Origin: the human T2T-CHM13v2.0 reference genome, Homo sapiens
Strand: one strand, 5' to 3'
Assembly: GCF_009914755.1 (NCBI RefSeq)
Contig: NC_060926.1
Length of the DNA: 64,000 bases
How positions within the stretch are numbered: the first letter of the stretch is position 1; each line of letters starts with the position of its first letter. A program made the translations under genes and the position numbers. Under the pieces are notes generated by a model. It ran no database searches. It saw only the letters and a program-made list of their open reading frames with translations, and was not told the DNA's origin. This document shows, piece by piece, positions 1 through 15,429 of this stretch.

Positions 1-282
1 TTTGGTCTTTCTCCTCCAAATAATCTCTCGATTGCCTCAAATTTAAGCTTTCTGAACCATGAGTCTGATGATGTCACTTTGGGATGCCAGTCCCTCTCTG
101 CCTCCCGATGGCCAGAAAATGTAAAAAGTTATTCAACGTGGTGTTTGAGAGCCTCTAAGTAGGGTGCCAGTTTACAGACCTGTCCTTTAATCTTAATCAT
201 CATACCCCTTTTCCTTTTTGAATTTCCTGAGCATAGGGTATCTTCCTTTATAAAACCTCCTTAACACTATTTATTAACATTT

Positions 283-660
283 AAGGCAACAGAAACCAAA
301 CCCAAATACACTTAAACAAAAAAAGGAAATATTTGTCTCCCGTAACTGGGAAACAGGAGGATGGCTGGCTTTAGACCCTGTTGGAATCTGAGCTCAAGAA
401 ACCTTTCTCTCTCCATCTCTTACCCCTGCCTCCTTGTTTGGCTTTGCTCCTTCTTCTCACTGCATTTGGCTTTCACCCGGCAGCCAGGTAATAATTCTTC
501 AGGCACCATTGCCTTAAAATTCAGAAACTCAGGGGACAAAAGAAACTTCTGTCCACACCAGGGACCAAGGATCAAGCCTCAGGGAAGACACAGGCCCTCC
601 GTGGGCTGAGAGGGGGCAGGAGAGACAGCAACAGTTCACGAGATCTCAAAATATGGAGTC
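283..660 (-). mobile_element. Old ERVL/MaLR LTR fragment (MLT1K/L- or LTR33-like)
   Basis: AACAGAAACCAAACCCAAATACACTTAAACAAAAAAAGGAAATATTTGTCTCCCGTAACTGG resembles the end of these LTRs; appears to resume near 1405-1470. Confidence 0.45.
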
Positions 661-694
661 CCTCAGTCATGGCTGTCCAGAGAACAGAAGCAAG

Positions 695-698
<4 letters not shown>

Positions 699-738
<40 letters not shown>
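699..738. repeat. (TG)20 microsatellite
   Basis: Perfect TG run. Confidence 0.98.
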
Positions 739-741
<3 letters not shown>

Positions 742-1050
742 GCGCATACAGAGAGAGAAAGAGAGAGAGAGATTTTTAGGAATAGTCTGATGTGATTATG
801 GAGACTGGGGGGTCTGCCAGCAGGTTGGAGACGCAGGAACAGCTGATGTTGCAGTTGAAGCTCAGAGACTGGCTCCTGGCAGATTTTCTCTTTGCTCAGC
901 GGAGATTAGTCTTTTGTTCTACTCAGGCCCTCAACTGACTGGATGAGGCCCACCACTTTAGGGAGAGAAATTTGCTTTACTCAAAATCCACAAATTTAAG
1001 TGTAAATCTCATCCAAAAACACTCTCAGAGAAACATCCAGAATAATGTTT

Positions 1051-1336
1051 GTTTGTTTGTTTTTTGACAGAGTCTCACTCTGTCACCCAGGCTGGAGTGC
1101 AGTGGTGCGATCTAAGCTCATGGCAAACTCCGTCTCCTGGTCTCAAGTGATTCTCATTCCTCACCCTCCCAAGTGGCTGAGATTACAGGCGCCCACCATC
1201 ACACCCAGCTAATTTTTGTACTTTTAGTAGTGACCAGGTTTCAGCATGTTTTCTAAACTGGTCTCGAACTCCTGACCTCCACCCGCCTCGGCGTCCCAAA
1301 GTGCTGGGATTACAGGCGTGAGCCACCATGCAGAGC
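1051..1336 (-). mobile_element. AluS
   Basis: Dimeric Alu with 15-bp TSD TCCAGAATAATGTTT at 1036-1050 and 1337-1351. Confidence 0.95.
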
Positions 1337-2195
1337 TCCAGAATAATGTTTAACCAAATATCTAGATACCTGGGCTCAGCTAAGTTGACATAATGTAACC
1401 AGCACCGGGAGCTTACTTTGCAAAGAAAATGCAGACTGTGTTACCAGATGACAGGGGGAATTGTTTTAGGTGTATATTATTCACTTATCCTCACTTTTAT
1501 AGCACATATTTATTCTGACACACACACACGTAGACACATACACACACATACACGTTAGGTCTCTACTAAATTCAGAGCCTTTCCTTTGGGGGGATCTAGA
1601 GAGTCACATATCTTTTATTATTACCTTTCGCATCTTATAAAGTATACCACACAAAGTAGAGAACAATAGAAATAACTGTTTGATAAACTGGAGTAATTGA
1701 AGTGTAACTGAAACAACACAAATAAAGTCACCAGGAGACCTAAGTACGTGATGACTTCACCTTTGTTTTGCAGAAGAAAAAGGAAAACAGCAGAGCTGAT
1801 GGCCAATTGGAGGGTCTTCAAGTGTCCCACTACCCTTTCCATTCCATGATGGAGAAATGAGGGTAAGAAGCACTGTTTACATTTTATGACTGTCTTGAAC
1901 AGGGGCAATTACCTGACAAGTTTAAATGGTTTCTAAGTCCTTGTTTTTGTTCCCTAGTGTAGAAGATAGGTTTTGAGATGGCAATACATTCATTTATTTG
2001 TTCTCACTCTCCACTGGTTCCATCAAGGTCGATATCTTAGAATCAGGCTGAGGTCACAGAGAATGAGTAGTTTGTGACCTGCATACACCTTAGGATTTTT
2101 AAATTTGGCTCTTGAACTGCGTTTACCTTATTTTAAAAATATTGATGAGATCGAGGAGTGAGATTTCACATTAATATTTAGAATACACAACTTTT

Positions 2196-2275
2196 TGAAA
2201 GAAGAAGGAGAAGGAGGATGATGAAGAAGGAGGAGAAAAACCAAGAGGAAGAGGGAAAAGAGGAGGAGGAGAAGG
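2196..2275. repeat. GA-rich low-complexity tract
   Basis: Degenerate GAA/GAG run. Confidence 0.85.
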
Positions 2276-3180
2276 TGCATGAGCATGTATGGTTTATGTA
2301 TATGAATGTGTGTCTACATATGTGGGTTTGTGTGTGTATATACTCAGGCTCAGTTCAGATAAACCACTAGCAATTATGATAATCAAGACACAAATACAGC
2401 TTTACCCAAAAACATCCCTGTAGCATTCTGGTTTCCCAAGTAAGATTTCACCAGTTCCTGCACACATTTATTTATTCATATACTCATTCAACAAACTATC
2501 CCAGACATAAAAGACAGCGGTCTTGTTCGTGGAGAAGCTCACAGTGCTGAGGAAAACAGGGCAGCAATTCCCTAGGGATGGTGTATTAATTCAAGAATCC
2601 CTTAATAAAAAATAAATACCAACAACAACAGAAATACTGGACATTTATTGGTGTCTTACAATGTCTTAGACACTGAGATACATGCTTTGTATACTTTAAT
2701 TCAAACAAATATTATATTCACTCATTTTAGAAATTTTGAACTTGAGACACAGAGGGCTTAAGTGATATTAACACTTGTCTGCCTGGCTCTCTGGCCAAAA
2801 ACTGTCTATTGCTTATAACAACCACATGCCAGGTATTTTCATTCAATGCACAGGCATATACAAAAGTAACCATGTATATAGCCAGTGATAAACTTAAAAC
2901 ACATATGTGATTAGTACGCACCTAAATTCACATGGGTAGAAAGCTAGAAGTCTGAGATACGATGCCAATTCATTTAAATCCAAGACCAGTTCTCCATTTA
3001 TAAACCTATAACCTGTAGAATTTCTGAAACATAAAATACACATGTCAAAACTGCTGCAATTTTACTTAAGCATTTTTTTTTTACTTTCCAAGAAGGATAA
3101 TTTCTTTCTACCAGCAATCTAACTTCTGCTCACTGCCAAATGTATTTGATGAAGTTTCAAAGATATTTTATTTTATTGAG

Positions 3181-3182
<2 letters not shown>

Positions 3183-3220
<38 letters not shown>
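3183..3220. repeat. (AC)19 microsatellite
   Basis: Perfect run. Confidence 0.98.
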
Positions 3221-3221
<1 letters not shown>

Positions 3222-3835
3222 ATACTCTGGACAGAATTAGTCCACATTTCCTATAGGTGTCAGACTGCAAAACTGGAATCAAAATAGAAAATGACACTTT
3301 CTCCTGTTCTATTACAATCCTGATTATTTTTTTTTACATAAATAGAACCCCGGTTGGACTGCCTGTACATCAAAGGCAAAGCTGCATTAAGGAGTAGTCA
3401 GGTGCTGAGGCTGGCTGGCTTCTGACAGCTTTCAGCCGCTTTGATCAGACACCTATCAGCACAAGCAGGCACCTTTTTTTTTTTGCCTTTTGTCTGAGTC
3501 AGGAAATGAGAGAGATGATAGCTGCCTTTTGGTCCTAATCCTAACCACTCTGCTTGACAGGAGATGAAAGGAAGACCAATTACCACTGGTAATGGCTGAC
3601 TACAGTGTGCATTCATTATCCAAGTTATCATTACAAATTACATGGTATTCTTCGTTACCTGAGGAAAGGAATATTTAAAGCAAGCAAACCCTCTACCAGC
3701 AATATTTGATGAGCCCCAAGAGAAGAGCCCTCTGTCAAAGTGTTTTCAACACAGCCTCACCCAGTAGACAAAATCAAATGAAGATCCCCAGGTCTCACTG
3801 GTACTTGTTTTCCCTGACGGTCTCCAGCTGAGAGC

Positions 3836-3866
3836 TGTGTGTGTGTGTGTGTGTGTGTGCGCGCGC
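3836..3866. repeat. (TG)n(CG)n compound microsatellite
   Basis: Uninterrupted purine/pyrimidine alternation ending in GCGCGCGC. Confidence 0.95.
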
Positions 3867-5047
3867 CTTTGTGTGTGTGAAGCTATGAAATGAGATAACT
3901 CCATGCTTGATGAAGCTGTAGCTTAGCTTAGAGATCTCTTGTCTGCAGATGTTTTATCCAGGGCAGTTTACGTTGTTGCTTTTGGGCCGCAGTAGGTGAG
4001 TCAGCATGGGAAGGACACATCCCTTTAATAAATTGATTTCAAGGTATAGCTATGAAACCTATGCATTATTAGCCATATATTTGTTACACATACACATACG
4101 TATGTGTGTTGATCCAGAGGTCTACACTTGTGCAATGGCTGAAGTAACAACCATAACAGTATTGATATTTGCAATTACTGTCCCCATAACGGCATGCATG
4201 TATACATCTGTGCATGTGCACCTGCGTGTGATCACATGATGGTGGGGAGGGTGGACTTATATCAGGGACAGAAACTTAGGGACTATCTAACATAGATGTA
4301 TTTTCATTTAATCTTCATACCAATATGGAGACATAGGTGTTATTACAAAATGTTAAAATGAGACAAACAATAATTGAGGAAGTTATTGTAAATTGTTCAG
4401 AGTTAACTGAAAAGAAAAAGTCATGACTTTTGGGTCCAGGTTTATCTGATATATCTTTGAATTATTTTATTGTGTCTGACTCTGCTCATTCTCATGAGTT
4501 TGTTTAGATATTTATACCAGTTTATGATCCGTTTTTAACCAAATACTCTTCTCAATCTGTCAGTCCTCCCCTGTCTGCAAGGCCCAGATCATCTGTCACC
4601 AGTTTGTGAAAGTTGACTTTATTATTCTGTTGAAAATAAATCTCTCTAACTTTCAAATATCCATAGCACAGCTCTCATTATGATAAGCAGTAGAGTTAGT
4701 TCTGTATATATTTGGTATGTCCATGAAGGTCTGAGCTCCTTGAAGATGTGGCCAAATCTTATTCATCTCTGTAAGTCCAACTTAGCACAGTGCCTGAAAA
4801 AGAGAACAGAGTGAATATTAAATAAATAAGTCAAACTGAATCCAATTATTAGAAGAATAGTCATTATATTCCTTGAAGGATTTCATAAGTGGCAATTGGT
4901 TCTTCTAAAATTATTTAATCTACTTTAGCCTTAATTTTAGAAAATTTATTTTCCATGAAGAAACCCTAATCTAAAAGAAAATTTAACTGAATAACTTTCC
5001 ATAAACTAAAAAGAAACAGTATTTGTTGTTTTAAAATAGTGGTTCTG

Positions 5048-5366
<319 letters not shown>

Positions 5367-5759
5367 TTAATAGTGCAATTGTACAAGACAAAGATAATTT
5401 TAACCTTGGACAAAGAGTTAAAATCTTTAAGTGTACACGTGTGCACGTGCACACACACACAATACAACTATTTGAAGACATTGGATACATTTCAATAGCA
5501 GGCAAAGTTGGAGGAGTGTTAATATTGAAAGAATTGCACTGGGTGAGATTTGCTGGCGCAGGGAAGAGGGAATTTTGAATTTATGAAAATAAGAACATTC
5601 AAAACGTACCATCTCTCCTTGTAAATGGCAGTGGTTTAACCTGCAGTAGAGGCTGGAACTGGGAGGGCATTTTTGGGCTCCATCCTACAGACGCATGTCT
5701 CTCATGAACATAGATATAATTATTTCTAACAAAATATTTGCAAGTAGCATCCAATAATG

Positions 5760-8390
<2,631 letters not shown>

Positions 8391-8396
8391 ATCAAT

Positions 8397-8766
8397 TGTA
8401 TTACTCCTTTTTCACACTGCTATAAAGAGTGGCCAGAGACTGGGTAGCCTATAAAGAAAAGAGGTTTAATTGACTCACAGTTCTGCATGGCTGGTGAGGC
8501 CTCAGGAAACTTACAGTCATAGCAGAAGGAGAAGCAGGCATGTCTTACACGGCAGCAGGTGAGAGAGAGAGCGAGCAAGAGCAGGGAAAACTGCCTTATA
8601 AAAGCATCACATTTCATAAGGACTTATGCACTGTAAGAACAGCATGGAGTAATCTCCTCCATGATCCAATCACCTCCCACCAGGTCCCTCCCTTGACACA
8701 CGGGGATTACAATTTGGATTACAATTGTTGATGCAATATGGGTGGGAACACAGCCAAACCACATCA
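8397..8766 (-). mobile_element. THE1 (THE1D-like) MaLR solo LTR
   Basis: TG...CA termini, GAGGCCTCAGGAAACTTACA and CACAGCCAAACCACATCA; perfect 5-bp TSD TCAAT at 8392-8396 and 8767-8771. Confidence 0.92.
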
Positions 8767-11654
8767 TCAATATTTGTTTATTTTAAAATAATATGTATTT
8801 TGGCATATTATATGTGTTTTAAAACATATTTATGTATATGTGCATTTATTTAGTACCACATATATTTAATAAATACATTAAAAAAGACAGCATTATTTGT
8901 GGTAGTCTTATTTTTTACAGGCAATTTTTATAGAGCACTTACTTTGCGTCAGTCTCTTTTTAACCACTTTATACACATTTCCTTTCTCAACCTGTTCAGG
9001 TATTTTATGGATACTGTATTCAACACTATTTACACTGGAGAAAACCAAAACCACAGCATCAGTAATTTATGCAAAGTCCCTCAGCACTTAAGAACCTGTA
9101 TCGGATACCTCTGTAGTTTAGCAGTAGAGATTTCACTCTTCACCATGCTTGTATACTGTTCTCTGAAAAGGATTTAAAATAAGCCAAGATTTGTTTCTCT
9201 GTATTCCGTTCCTCATTTTTCTTGTCTTCTCTTTCTAAGCATTAGTCTACAGGTGAACTCTTAGTGTTTTAAACCTTAACCTGCCCACAGGCTTACCTTA
9301 GTCTTTTCTTTTGCAGCCTAAATATCTTTAGTTCTGTAAATTTTCTTCGTGAAATGTAATTTCTAGTCCCTCTGCCATTCAACTGATACACCTGGATGCA
9401 GCTGAGATCGATGCACTGCTGATGGCATTCTCGCTTAGCTAATTTCAAGTGTTCTAACTTCTCTGGTTGAGACAAAAAGAATTATAAAGTTCAGTTCATT
9501 AAAAAAATTAATAATGATCATTGAACAATTCTGTATTTCATGGAATTTGCCACATTTTACTTTTCCTTGACCATGAATTAGCCAAAGTAAAACTACGGTA
9601 GAAATATTGAGAGGAAGTAAATGAGGCATTTTCTGGTATAGTAAAATTTACATATGTAAATATAGCAATATAATTATTCATACAAACATATTTCAAAATG
9701 TTTTGTTGGTCACTCTATTTAGTTGAACACTGGGACTACTTCAGCAAATATTGCTAAACATACCAAACTTTCTCAAAATAGCTATGATTGTACATATTTT
9801 TAAAGGTGATTTTATCTAAACTTCGCCAGCTCTTTTGCACTTTGCTGTTTGGGAGGTTAATTAGGGAGTGATTTATTGATGGCATTCAAAACTCTTTATA
9901 GCTAGGTCATGGCCTGTAACGTCTGACTGCCTCTCCACCAGGATAACACGGCTTATTTGCCTTCGAGCTATAAAAAGTAAATACAGGCCCTCTCTCTGAT
10001 TTTACTTCCTAGATTTGTGCTGACCTCATCTGGGTACTCCTTAAAATACTAATAAAATTTTGATAATAAAGAAAAAGAAACAAGGCTGGGAAACTCAAAT
10101 ACCATTGTAATTATCATCATAATTATAAATGTGAGCATTATATTAATTAATATAATGGTATATTTTCTTTTATTTGGGTCATACCTTAAACTATATTGTT
10201 TCACTTAATTTTGTTACTCCCTGCAATTGTCTGTTTCTTCGTGGATTCTAAGAAATAATATAGTGTTAAATAAGACAAGAAAAACACAACATAAGCACAT
10301 ATACTTTACTGTTGGTATTTAACAACATGTGTATGTGTGATCTAAGTATTAAAAGACATAGATAAATGAAATGACCACGTCAAGCTAGTGGGACTGTGTC
10401 ATTACAGAATATTTAATATTGACAACAGTTCATATTTTTATAAATTAAAATTTTAGTACTATATGTAAACAGTGGCCTGTTTATTTGCTTAAAAATTACA
10501 AGAGTAATTTCTTGAGTTTACAAATATATAGTTTTTAAATACTAATTAAAATTTCTATAAAAGTTTGAAGATCTGCATTTCATTAATTTTCACACATTCT
10601 TTTTGAATAGGTCAAAAGAGATATTGGCTATTCTCACTGATAAAACCATACCTTGTCCAGAAATATTGGAGTATTTTTGTTTACAGATTTTTTGGAAGGG
10701 CATAGGGTAAAAACACCTAGTCTTCACTTTTGGAGTGTATCATGTATGCTATAGAAGCGACCTGCCACATGTCAGTGACTGCACCTGTTCCTTAGTACTA
10801 ATTACACTGAATTTCCACAACCACCCATAAGATAGGCATTATTAACCAGTCATACACGCAAAGGACCTGGTGAGAGAAATACTCTTGGGACTAGAAATTG
10901 AACCAAACATTTATGTCTAAGCCCAGAATGCACACACTAGCATAATTACAGGAGGACTGCAGCAGGGCTGACATTTAGAGCATCTCCTGTTGGTTCTTTT
11001 CCTGTGGGTGCACCTGACTGGCTATAGGTTTCCCTTCTTTTTGCCACCATATGTATTTAACTCTGACACCCTCTGAAAGTCTCCCGCTGATTTCCCAGAT
11101 ATGACACAGCACTTGTTGTCAGCCAGTGGTTGGCTTTTATCCTGACAGTTTTGTCCATTTTATGACACTAATAACCATTCTTCCAATTTTCATTTGTAAT
11201 CTACCCCACTCAGCCTCCCTCCTTCATGTTGTTCCCATTTCAATGGCCATTCTGCATTTAGTTCAGTAATAATTCAGGTTCCCTTCTATAATTATTTCCA
11301 CCATTTCTAAACCTTAACGATGGCTACATTAGATTGAAGATACAATGTCGATTGTTTTTAGAAACAACACAATGTATATTTTTAAAAGACAAACAAGTTT
11401 GGTTTGCAAAATCACACTAATTATCTATTTCATCATCTTAACGCCAGCTAGCATTTGAGTTCCAGAATGAAAATGTGGGCTTTGATTTATAAATATTAAT
11501 GCCATAATCAGATTGTGATACCTTTCAAGAATAATTCAGATTGACTATTACCATTTGGAAAGAATATGGAGTAGAATGTGTCAACTTTGTTTTAAGTTCT
11601 CTTGTTGTCAAATTGTCTCAGATGTGGGTGTGGATACCTTCAAAGAGCAGGCTT

Positions 11655-12672
11655 AAAAAGAAACTATCATCAGAGCAAACAGGCAACCTAAAGAATGGAA
11701 GAAAACTTTTGCAATCTACTCGTCTGACAAAGGTCTAATATTGGGAATTTACAAGGAACTTAAACAAATTTAGAAGAAAAAAAACAAACAACCCCATCAA
11801 AAAGTGGGCAAAGGATAGAACAGATACTTCTCAAAAGAAGACATTTATCCTGCCAACAAACATGAAGAAAAGCTCAATATCACTGATCATTAGAGAAATG
11901 AAAGCAAAACCACAATGAGATAGCATCTAATGCTTGTCAGAATAGCTACTATTAAAAAGTCAAGAAACAACAGATGCTGGCGAGGCTGTGGAGAAATAGT
12001 AACGCTTTTACACTGTTGGTGGGAATGTAAATTAGTTCAACCATTGGGGAAGACAGTGTGGTGATTCCTCAAGGATCTAGAACCAGAAACACCATTTGAC
12101 CCAGCAATCCCATTACTGGGTATATATTCAAAGGAATATAAATTATTATATTATAAAGATACATGTACATGTATATTTATTGCAGCACTATTCACAATAG
12201 CAAAGACATGGAACCAACCCAAATGCCCATCAATGATAGACTGAATACAGAAAATGTGGTACATATATACCATGGAATACTATGCAGTCATAAAAAGGAA
12301 TTAGATCATGTCCTTTGCAGGAACATGTATGAAGCCATTATCTTCAGCAAAGTAACACAGGAACAGAAAACAAAACTTCACATGTTCTCACTCATAAGTG
12401 GGAGTTGAACAATGAGAAAACATGGACACAGGGAGGGGAACAACACACACCAGGGCCTGTTGGGGGGTGGGGGACAAGGGGAAGGAAAGCATCAGGACAA
12501 ATAGCTAATGCATGTGAGGCTAAAAACCTAGGTGACTGGTTGATAGGTGCAGCAAACCACCATGACACACATATACCTATGTAACAAACCTGCATGTTCT
12601 GCACATGTTCCCCGGGACTTAAAGTAAAAGAAAAAATAATTAAAACAAACAACAACAAAACAAACAAAAAAA
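11655..12672 (+). mobile_element. 5'-truncated L1PA (L1PA8-10-like) 3' end
   Basis: ORF2 C-terminal region plus 3'UTR (AATAGCTAATGCATG...GGTGCAGCAAACCACCATG) and A/CAA tail; partial TSD AGGCTTA. Confidence 0.92.
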
Positions 12673-15429
12673 CACTTAGGCTTAGCCAGGCCAGTCCCTG
12701 GGCTAAGGGATATGATAATCACAGCAACTGGCCAACTGCGTTAAGGGCCAAGGGCTAGCCCCTCTGTCAGGGGTTTTGCATATATTATTTTGAATCTTAG
12801 TAAAAATGGTAAAACTTATTATTATTCCCATTTTCCAGATAAGGAACTTTTGACCTAATTAGAGGAAAGTATAATCAAAATTAAACGTCAGGGCCCAAAC
12901 CCCAAGCTCTTTCCAGGGTTCTGAAATATTAGCAGGCTTGGGCCTGGTAACCAGCAGACACACACGGAACCCACAGGTCCTCACACTTCAGACTGCCAGG
13001 TGACTGCAGCTTGGCTGGTCCAGAATGCAGGATAGCAACACTCCCCAGGCACTCACCGTGAAAGCCATCATTCACAGTCACTGCACTTAAGCACATCATG
13101 TGCGGTGGCTCCTTCATCCTGAGGGCAGCCCTGTGGGGTAAGTGTTGGCATCCCTATTGTACAGGTGTCTCAGAGAGCTCAAGCAGCTGGGATGATGTCA
13201 CTCAGGAAAGGCCAGAGTCAAACTCCTCTCTCCCTGGTTCCTTTGTGTGTTCTTGACATCCACACCTTCCTTTTACCCTGAGTTCTTGCTTAAATTCTGG
13301 GATCCTGACTCCCAGCTTTACCCTTTATTTCAAATTCTTGGAGAGGCCCTAATCCAAACACTTTGATCATCTGAGTAGAAAGTTGCTCCCCTACTGGAGG
13401 TACTGGCTATGCCACTGAGGTGGCAAAGTAAATTTTTACAAAATGAGTTATATCATTCTTCAGTCCTAAGAGTACCTCCAGCTAGGAAAGTCTGCATTTT
13501 GTGATGAAACATTACATTTTACAAATATCTGGCCCCATATTTGTGGTATTCTTTTTTTTTTAGGTTTTACTCAGGTATGAAAAAATAATCACCTTACTTT
13601 GGGAAGTGTTAAGAATGCTAAGATTATTTGTATGTTAATGTGTTTTGATCATTGAGAATTCACAAACTTTGAAAGCAAATTTTTCAGAATAATTGAGTCA
13701 CACTAATGTTTAGAAATAATAATTGGAATTAGTAAAAATTCTGCGGCAAAAACATTCTCTGCTCTAATGGAGTAAAGATAAATGTGGCGAGAAATGTTAA
13801 TACAGACTCACTTCAGCGATTTCTCCTGTTTTGGTCTTGGTTTTTATCTCCTTCTGAGTGGAATTCTATATTTGGTAATGATTATGTTTCATTTAAACCT
13901 TATAAATACAATGCTACATTAAAATATCCTGCTTTACGACAAACATATATGTGACCTATATATTACCTGGTAAATATAAAATATTTTATTTTTTTAAAAA
14001 AATGCTGTATTTCAGTATCTAGAAGTTACCACTGTAGAATCTGCCTGTCTAGATAATGTTGGACAGAGGTGAGTTTCTGCTTGTACCTGTTCAGGTGAAC
14101 TAACCACTGTTGTAAGCGAGGTTTTATTTTATACTTTAGTACTTTCAAATGTTATAAAGCAGCATATATATCAGAGGGCAGAGTCTGGGATATATGAAAA
14201 TGCAGACTTAGAGAATACAAACCCTACATATTTTATTTCACTCTGGCATTGCCAAGAGGCATTGGGGGCACTGTTTTGTAAACTGGCCCCTCAGAGGTGG
14301 CATCCCTAAACATCCTTAGACTTCATTAATTCTAGTAAATCATTGTCAAGAATGATCACCAAACACTATGGCACCTTGTCCTCTTTGAATAAAAGATGAC
14401 AATGTGGGTAAAAGAATAGAAAAACTCAAAGTAATTATGGTCAATAAACTTCTATGGTGACATATATAGTATTTCATTATTACATCTTCAAAATACATCT
14501 TGCATAAAATATTTTTAAAGAAGCTTAAAGCCAATTGTGGCAGAAGAAAATTACCAGTTTATGGACCAGTCAGATCCATTATTATGAACAAGGAAAAGTA
14601 TTTTTCTTCATTATTACAAGAAAGGTAATGTCTTAAAAATTTAACATCTATGTTTAGAATCTATTATCCTGTCTTTTCATTTAGGGATTTAATATCATGC
14701 TACCTCTCAATATTATTTAACAGTTCTATCTATATAGGCTGTGCCTCCTGGAGATTTTTTTTAGCTCTTGAATTACAAGGACAATCTTATACATTGGCTT
14801 TTATCTTTCTCACAATATCCAAATATACTGTTGACTCTGCATAAATATTTACTGAATAAATGCCAAACAATTAGAAACACACATGGTGAGAAAGAAATTA
14901 ACAAAGTAATATTGAGACCATTGTAAAAGTTTTTGTTTCACCACATTCCTTTTCTTGGTGAAAAACTCATCCCAGTGATGACCCATTCCTTAATTGGAAC
15001 TTCCCTAGAGAAAGATCTAAGATACAAGTTACTACAGCCACATACAAACCACACTTAGAGTAATCATTAAGTCATTAATATGATACTTTAATTCTTCCAG
15101 CATTTTATGGTCTTTGTTTAACATTATTCTTAGAGATAGCATGAGCTGGTTCTGGGAAGTTAATTAAGTCAAAATAAGCACTTATTATAAAATATAATTC
15201 TCTATCATTTATCTCCGACCCTACCAACTCCTCACCCAAAGAAACATCCTCCTAGTATCTACCTCATGGCACACTCACCAAACTGCATAGCCATTGTCCA
15301 TCTGCATGCCATGATTACAGCTGCAGAGGACAAGGGCCCAGGGAGTTCATCTTTATACACTTAGAACCTAGATAATGTCAGCTTGCAGCTAATACTCAGA
15401 ATATCTTATGAATTTATACAGAACACATC

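Larger units (their letters stand above)
661..1405 (-). mobile_element. MLT2-family (ERVL) LTR interrupted by an Alu
   Basis: CCAGAGAACAGAAGC-(TG)n start, TCAACTGACTGGATGAGGCCCAC, and AAGTTGACATAATGTAACCAGCAC end. Confidence 0.8.

Noticed and set aside
1774-3995. Plus-strand exon-like pairs (1774-1862, 3949-3995) and the acceptor near 25332
   Set aside because: No promoter, frame or homology links them. They show how easily such pairs arise by chance.
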